Positions 59,621 to 64,000 of a DNA stretch of 64,000 nucleotides are shown here, in pieces. The translations under genes were made by a program, and so were the position numbers. This stretch comes from Bryobacterales bacterium (GTDB lineage: Bacteria; Acidobacteriota; Terriglobia; Bryobacterales; UBA6623): NCBI GenBank assembly GCA_963422375.2, contig OY729427.2:1376001-1440000 (forward strand), in the 5' to 3' direction. The notes beneath the pieces are model-generated. The model did not search any database, had not been told where the DNA came from, and was given only the letters and a program-made list of their open reading frames with translations. How positions within the stretch are numbered: the stretch's first letter is position 1; each line of letters starts with the position of its first letter.

Positions 59621-60793
59621 TCGCCTCCATGCGCTGGCCGGACGGTCCGGCATGCCCCCGCTGCCGCGGCTCCAGCGTGCAGTCCGGCGCGGCCCACCCT
59701 TCGATGCCGTACCGTTACCGCGGCTGCGGCAAGCGCTTTTCCGTGCGCACCGGCAGCGTGACGGCCGACACCAAGCTCGGCTACCGCGTCCGGGCCGTGG
59801 CCCTGTTCCTGCTGACCACCGGCCTCAAGGGCGTCTCCGGCATGAAGCTGCACCGCGACCCGGGCATCAGCCGGAAGTCGGCCTGGCACTTGGCGCACCG
59901 CATCCGCGCGTGCCGGGAGCGGGACCGGGACCTGTTCGTCGGCCCGGTGGAAGTGGACGAGACCTGCGTCGGCGGCAAGGAGCGCAACAAGCACGAGAGC
60001 AAGAAGGCCCGTGGCGGGCGCGCGGGACCGCGCCACGAACGAAGTGGCCGCCCGGCCGCTGCCGGGCACGACCGAGGGCGACCTGCAGGGCTTCGTGCGC
60101 GGCCGGGTCGCGCCGGGCGCGCAGGTCCGCTCCGACGAGGCGGCGGCCTGCGCCGGCATGGCGGAGTTCCCGCACGAGGGCGTCAAGCACTCCGGCGGCG
60201 AGTACGTGCGCGGGGCGGCGCATGCGAACGGCATCGAGTCGTTCCGGCCCCTGTTCAAGCGCGGCCTCTACGGAACCTATCACCGGATGAGCGTCCGTCA
60301 TTCGGGCCGCTACCTCACGGAGTGCGCGGGACGGCGCAACGCCCGCAATTGCGACACGGCGCAACGGATGCGGCGCATGGCGCGGGGCTTGGTCGGCCGG
60401 ACGCTGACCTACCGGCAGCTGGTCGGCAAGGCCGCGGTCGCGGCCCGAGCACGGCCTGGCCGGTCCGCTGCGGCCTCTCTTCACGCTCGGTGCGAAGGGC
60501 GCTCCGGATCCGGAATCCCGCGCCGCGACCGGTGTCCAGCCCGGACAATTCCTACCGGCAGCCGCCCTGGAAGGGGAGCCTCTCCACGGCAATCCGGGTT
60601 CGACCGGGGCGCCCGAGGCGGCCTCTCCAGTCCCTGCGTCGCGAGATCCGCTTGCAGGCGCGATTCAGATACGAACCGACCCTTCGGTGCCCACCTCGGC
60701 CGCACACCAATGACCCGAGCAAGACGGCGATGTCCCCAATCAGAGCAGTTCTAGCCGGACATGACGTCGCCGGCACTCAGATATATAATTCCC
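59621..60793 (+). mobile_element. IS1595-family element, copy 3; left end deleted, right TIR intact
   Basis: Identity to copy 1 begins abruptly at TCGCCTCC (59621) and ends CGGCACTCAGATATATAATTCCC. 32-bp frameshifting deletion near 60010. Confidence 0.92.
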
Positions 60794-61062
60794 ATATATC
60801 CCATATATACTGAGGGGCGCACAAGTCTTTTCGGATCGGCCAGGCCAGAATGTACTGACAACTGGGTTCCCAAGCAGTCTGCTAAGAAGGAGGCCTTCCA
60901 AATTCGAGTACGCAATATACTGTGTATATAGTTACGGTATATCACAATATGCAGGCTTAAGTTCGAGAATTCAAGACTCTATCTCTGGGCTGCTATGATG
61001 ACAGCCTGAATCGGAAGTCGACTGAGTATGGCCCGTATCTTGGGAAAAGGCTTTTGCGCCTC

Positions 61063-61235
61063 TCAGTAATTCCCAAACCTTAGGAATACGAGGCCAAGAA
61101 CGACGCACTTGTATTCGGCGACGTCGCATGACGCGCGCAACGTCTCCGCTTTCGCCCACAGTTCAGCCGCGTACTCGATCACAGGTCGGTCGTCAACCTG
61201 AGCTTCGCCGGTTTCCGGGGCCGGGATTCTGCTTT
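61063..61235 (-). pseudogene. hsdM: HsdM N-terminal fragment
   Basis: IEYAAELWAKAETLRASCDVAEYKCVVLGLVFLRF matches the HsdM_N motif LW.AAD.LRG.MDA.EYK.VVLGLIFLKY. Confidence 0.85.
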
Positions 61236-61718
61236 CTCCTCGCACTGAAGGCTCCAGTCCCCGCTGACCCCGCATCGGAACGGAACGCGGCCACAGCCCG
61301 TCGGCCTTGCCGGGCGGCGCGGGGCGGGGGGACACCGACAACACAGGGCACTCCGGGAGTATCCGCTCTCGAATGTACCACCTCCGCCGTGCTACACGTT
61401 CGCATCGCGGCGCGCCGTTCCGAACTAGCGTCCCGGCTCGATGGCGCGCCAGCTCGCATCGCGTCCGAGCGGGCTGAGGACCCCTGGCACCGGTCGTCGC
61501 CGTCGAGCGGGCAGCCCGGCACCAACAGCTGCCGTTCCTCGAGGGACGTCCGGAGCACAAGACCCGGTCATGGCGGGCGTTCGCATCGTGGTCTCGATCC
61601 TTCTGACGCCCTTTGCACGACAGCCGGGCGATCCGGAGGCGCGCCACTCGCACGGCGGCAGATTCCGGAGGGTCTCCCGACCTCACTCAAAGAAGACGGC
61701 AACTGGCGGCCTCTCGGG

Positions 61719-63442
61719 CAGCGGTTCTAGATTTGTCCGTCAAGGGGGTGCGTGAACGTTGTTTCGGAGGATGGAGGATGAGGTGAATCAGTTGACCGAG
61801 AGGTTGCGCTCCCGAGGCCGCCCCGCGGGAGCGTCGGACGGCGGGCAGGGCCGTGGTGCGGCCCGCGTCGCGGGTCCGCCGAGTGCCGAGCCCGCGACCG
61901 GACGCACTCCGGCGGTAGCCGGCTGCGACGGCCGGACGCTGGCCGGACGCTGCCGGCACGAAACTGCGCGGAGTCCAGGCCCAGGCTGCCTGGCAGCCCG
62001 GAGGCGCGCGTCCGTCGCGCACCGCCGCCAGCAGCGTCCGGCCGGTCCGGGAAGCGGAACCAGCGCGGCGCGACCTGCAGCTCCCGGAACAGGGCGCGGC
62101 GCGTGACCGGCTGGCGCCGGCACTGCTGCCACAGCGCGCAGACGCACTGCAGCACGGCGCGGAGCGCGAAGGCGAACAGGTTCGGCACGGCCGGCACGTT
62201 GGCCGGCCCGTCCTCGCCGTGCCCGAAGTTGCGCTTGCAGTTGCGGCCGTGCCGCGCCAGGCAGTTGAAGCCCTCGTTCTCGATCTTCCAGCGCGCCCGG
62301 CCGGCCCGCGCGATCCGCTCCGCGTTGTCCGCGGTGACCGCGAGACCGGCGAAGAAGCTGCTGGCGCAGGTGCGCTTGCCGTCGCGCTCCACGGCGTACT
62401 CGATCCAAGTGCCCTGCAGGGCGTCGCGGCCCTTGCGCAGGGGCGCCGCGGCCGTCCGGCGGAAACGGTGCCGCTCGGACCGCTTGCCCTTCCCGCGCCG
62501 CGGCAGCCAGCCGGTCGAGCGCACCGCGCCGCTCGCCCGCCGGCTCTCCGGCACCTCGTGCAAGTGCTTGCGGGATCCGGGCTTGCCTACCCGGATGCAG
62601 TCCATGCCGGCCGCCGCGGCGGCCTCGCAGACCGGCTGGCAGCAGTGCAGGTCGTCGCCCGGCAGGACGGGGCGGCAGGCCTGCAGCCAGGCGCCGTGAG
62701 CGGCGAGCCAGCGCTTGGCGGCGTTGCGCTCGCAGTCCCGCTTGCGCTCGTCCTCGCTCATGTCGGCGCGGGTCGCGGCCGCGTCCTGCTGCGGGCGCGC
62801 GAACTCGGGCATCAGCGGCAGGACGGTGGCGTGGCCGTCGGCCACCGCGGTGGCCGACGGCCATGGTGCGGAAGTGATGCGGCCGGCGCTCGCTGCCGAC
62901 GCGCCGCACCGAGCACTGCGGGCAATGCACCCTGTCGGAGCGGTGGAACCGGACGCCGTCCGGAGCCGCCGGCAGGCGCTCGTCGAGGCGCTGGAAGGGC
63001 TCGAGCGCGCCCTGCGCGGCCACGGTTTCGAGGCACGGCCGGAACAGCGGGTCGAACGCGGCCGGGTCGCGGTCGTCGAGCAAGTTGCGGATCCGATTGT
63101 CGCAGGGGATGCGGCCCGCGCCCAACAGGGTCCGGCAGTTGCAGCGGGAGCCGTCCCGCTCCATGCGCCGCTGGAACTCGAGGAACGACTCGCACCGGGT
63201 GCAGAAGCAGGCCGGGGCGCAACCGGCGGCGTCGCTGACCTCGTAGCGCTTGTTGCTGCGACCCTCGCGCCGGTCGGGCAGGCCGGCGGCCGTCTCGCGG
63301 AAGGCGCTCGGCAGCGAGTCCAGGACATGGGGCATTCACCCCAGCCCACACATTCCGCAAGTAAAAGTCAAGTGCCAGACTGCCTTCGACACCTTTCTCA
63401 GGCACTCTGGAAATCCCAAGATGCCCAAATTGAGAATCGCTG
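61719..63442 (-). mobile_element. ISNCY-type insertion sequence (1724 bp)
   Basis: Imperfect 17-bp TIRs CAGCGGTTCTAGATTTG / CAAATTGAGAATCGCTG. 9-bp direct repeat CCTCTCGGG at 61710-61718 and 63443-63451. Confidence 0.88.
61960..63335 (-). pseudogene. ISNCY-family DDE transposase, frameshifted
   Basis: LPDRR.G.N.RY, SFLEFQRRM, IPCDNRIRNLLD, DG..F.RS..VHCPQC, frameshift near 62860, LMPEF, DCERNAAKRWL, GDDL, GRARWKIENEGFN.L...G....NFGHG. Confidence 0.88.
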
Positions 63443-63641
63443 CCTCTCGGGCAATCCGAGCGGATCTCCGACTCCAGAGGTGCGACGGGGAGGTTCCGAC
63501 GCTGCCCGCCAACCTCCCCGACCATTGCGAGGGCCACGGCGACGCCCGGCGACGGCACGCTCGGACGCCCCGCCTGCTGATACGCTGGAGCCTAGGGCCG
63601 GCGGCGGAACGTCCTGCAAACGACCCTGGCCGTCGCGAACC

Positions 63642-64000
63642 ATGAACCTAGACTTCACCAAGTGCGACGGACTGGTGCCGGCGATCATTCAAGACCACCG
63701 TGACGGACGAGTGCTGATGCTCGGATTCATGAACGAGGCAGCATTCGCCAGAACCGTCGAGTCAGGCAGGGTGACGTTCCTGAGCCGCACGCGCAACACT
63801 CTCTGGACCAAGGGCGAGACTTCCGGGAACTACCTGCTCGCGAAACGCATCGAGGTGGACTGCGACCGCGACACGCTCCTCATCCACGCCGAGGCAATCG
63901 GCGCGGGCGTGTGCCACGACGGGTTCCGCAGCTGCTTCTACCGCGAGCTGAGCGGCGGTGACTGGGTGCGCCGCGAACAGCGGACCTACGATCCGGATCG
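63642..64000 (+). CDS. hisI: Phosphoribosyl-AMP cyclohydrolase, runs off the right edge
   Basis: Own translation: MNLDFTKCDGLVPAIIQD...VLMLGFMNE...SRTRNTLWTKGETSGN...DCDRDTLL...VCHDGFRSCFYR. Confidence 0.96.
   Translation, partial: MNLDFTKCDGLVPAIIQDHRDGRVLMLGFMNEAAFARTVESGRVTFLSRTRNTLWTKGETSGNYLLAKRIEVDCDRDTLLIHAEAIGAGVCHDGFRSCFYRELSGGDWVRREQRTYDPD

Noticed and set aside
59621..60793. Diverged IS copies as template/variable repeats of a diversity-generating retroelement
   Set aside because: No reverse transcriptase in the window, the repeats are whole IS elements, and the changes are not confined to adenines on one strand.
61240..61709. ORFs between the hsdM fragment and the ISNCY element
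   Set aside because: No recognisable motif or consistent codon bias in any frame; left unannotated.
62850..62870. Programmed frameshift in the ISNCY transposase
   Set aside because: No slippery A-rich heptamer at the site, and the gene has many other lesions.
1..64000. CRISPR array or cas genes
   Set aside because: No regularly spaced 23-47 bp repeats with unique spacers and no Cas motifs were seen.

Overview
GC-rich bacterial chromosome segment. The gene content (DUF3604-type hydrolases, sulfatase, GMC plus gluconate-2-dehydrogenase subunit 3, long TolC, CRTAC1 remnant, Rpn paralogues, ankyrin/HEAT proteins) suggests Acidobacteriota, Bryobacterales-like and possibly host-associated; this is an inference. 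An intact housekeeping and metabolic backbone (tRNA-Ser, miaA, ribD/ribE, ftsY, rhamnulokinase, ppiD-like, uppP, ftsK, glmM, truA, ispA, xseB, hisI) is interrupted by three decayed accessory patches at about 0.6-4.0 kb, 20.7-25.3 kb and 56.9-63.4 kb. These hold three copies of one IS1595-family element, IS630, IS30 and ISNCY remnants, two Rpn (PD-(D/E)XK) genes with candidate intragenic antitoxin ORFs, and a broken type I restriction-modification locus with a HEPN-MNT toxin-antitoxin pair. Most notable observations: (i) gene-within-gene RpnS-like ORFs that survive while the nuclease part is damaged; (ii) an apparent A:T->G:C substitution bias in decaying elements; (iii) a conserved, unexplained ~340-bp 3' extension of the IS1595 element; (iv) an atypical di-haem peroxidase; (v) a frameshift that splits off the FtsK gamma domain. 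No CRISPR array, rRNA or prophage was seen. All family calls come from motif recognition by eye, not database searches.
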